Assembly (NCBI GenBank): GCA_051362555.1 | Contig: CM120643.1 | Span: 15,598,644-15,662,643 of the forward strand | Direction: 5' to 3' | DNA from: Lingula anatina | Taxonomy: Eukaryota > Animalia > Brachiopoda | DNA: 64,000 nt | In this document: one piece after another, positions 63,491 to 64,000 of the stretch | Position numbering within the stretch: position 1 is the stretch's first letter | Layout of the letters: each line of letters opens with the position of its first letter | Program-made: the position numbers and the translations under genes | Notes under the pieces: model-generated | What the model saw: the letters and a program-made list of their open reading frames with translations, nothing else | Database searches by the model: none | Told to the model about the DNA's origin: nothing

Positions 63491-64000
63491 CACGTATGTT
63501 ACGGAGCGTTGACAGTAGTTAGGGGCACTGTATTGAATAGATAATATAGGAGACAGCACATAGGATTTTCGTTGTCATAATTTTTCTGATTTCTTTCCTT
63601 ATAGCTTGTGCCTATGTCCCAAAGACATTTTTTCAAATAATGGTGTAGTTTTGTTGCCTGTTATGTTAGAAATTATGCAGAATGAATGTGCAAAGAATGC
63701 GGATGGCAGTTCTCTCGGCTAAACCCAATGAAAATAAAAGCCGCCTTAAGAATACAGTAAAGGAATACTTGTTGAGTTGGTGACTTCAAAGAGCTATAGG
63801 CAGCAAGTTACATGAATTGAACAAGAACTTGCGTTTATTGTATTTTTGTATCCTACACACCATTAATTTAAAGCTACACATTTGAAGAGAAAAGTGATCG
63901 GGAAATGAAGTTTCAATTGTCATGACAGTATCTATAACGAAAATAAAAAAGCACATATAAAATGTAAGTAGCGCATAGTTTGATTCTCACCACAAAAATG

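Noticed and set aside
1-64000. tRNA, rRNA, CRISPR, operons or autonomous transposase/RT genes
   Set aside because: None recognised. The remaining ORF-track entries are short, often start at non-ATG codons, and have low-complexity composition.

Overview
AT-rich eukaryotic (animal) genomic DNA, probably a protostome invertebrate. The only protein-coding gene I can support is an Iroquois-family (Irx, TALE-class) homeobox gene on the minus strand. I assembled four coding exons by hand (12948-12838, 9912-9748, 6285-6149, 3964-3585); all have GT-AG boundaries and compatible phases (0,0,2,1), giving 264 aa. The expected IRO-box exon was not found and probably lies left of the window. A TATA-less CCAAT/GC-box promoter sits at ~13.3 kb. 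The upstream ~50 kb has no recognisable CDS but is structured. CpG is abundant over 1-17.7 kb, collapses from ~17.7 to ~63.45 kb, and returns right after an AATAAA plus GT-rich element. Together with several splice-bounded plus-strand segments, this suggests a hidden, gene-body-methylated plus-strand transcription unit pointing away from Irx. Small CpG-retaining, motif-rich islands inside it are candidate Irx enhancers. The window also has nested and palindromic MITEs, minisatellites and microsatellites. Almost all entries in the supplied ORF track are spurious. All composition and motif statements were read by eye, not computed.
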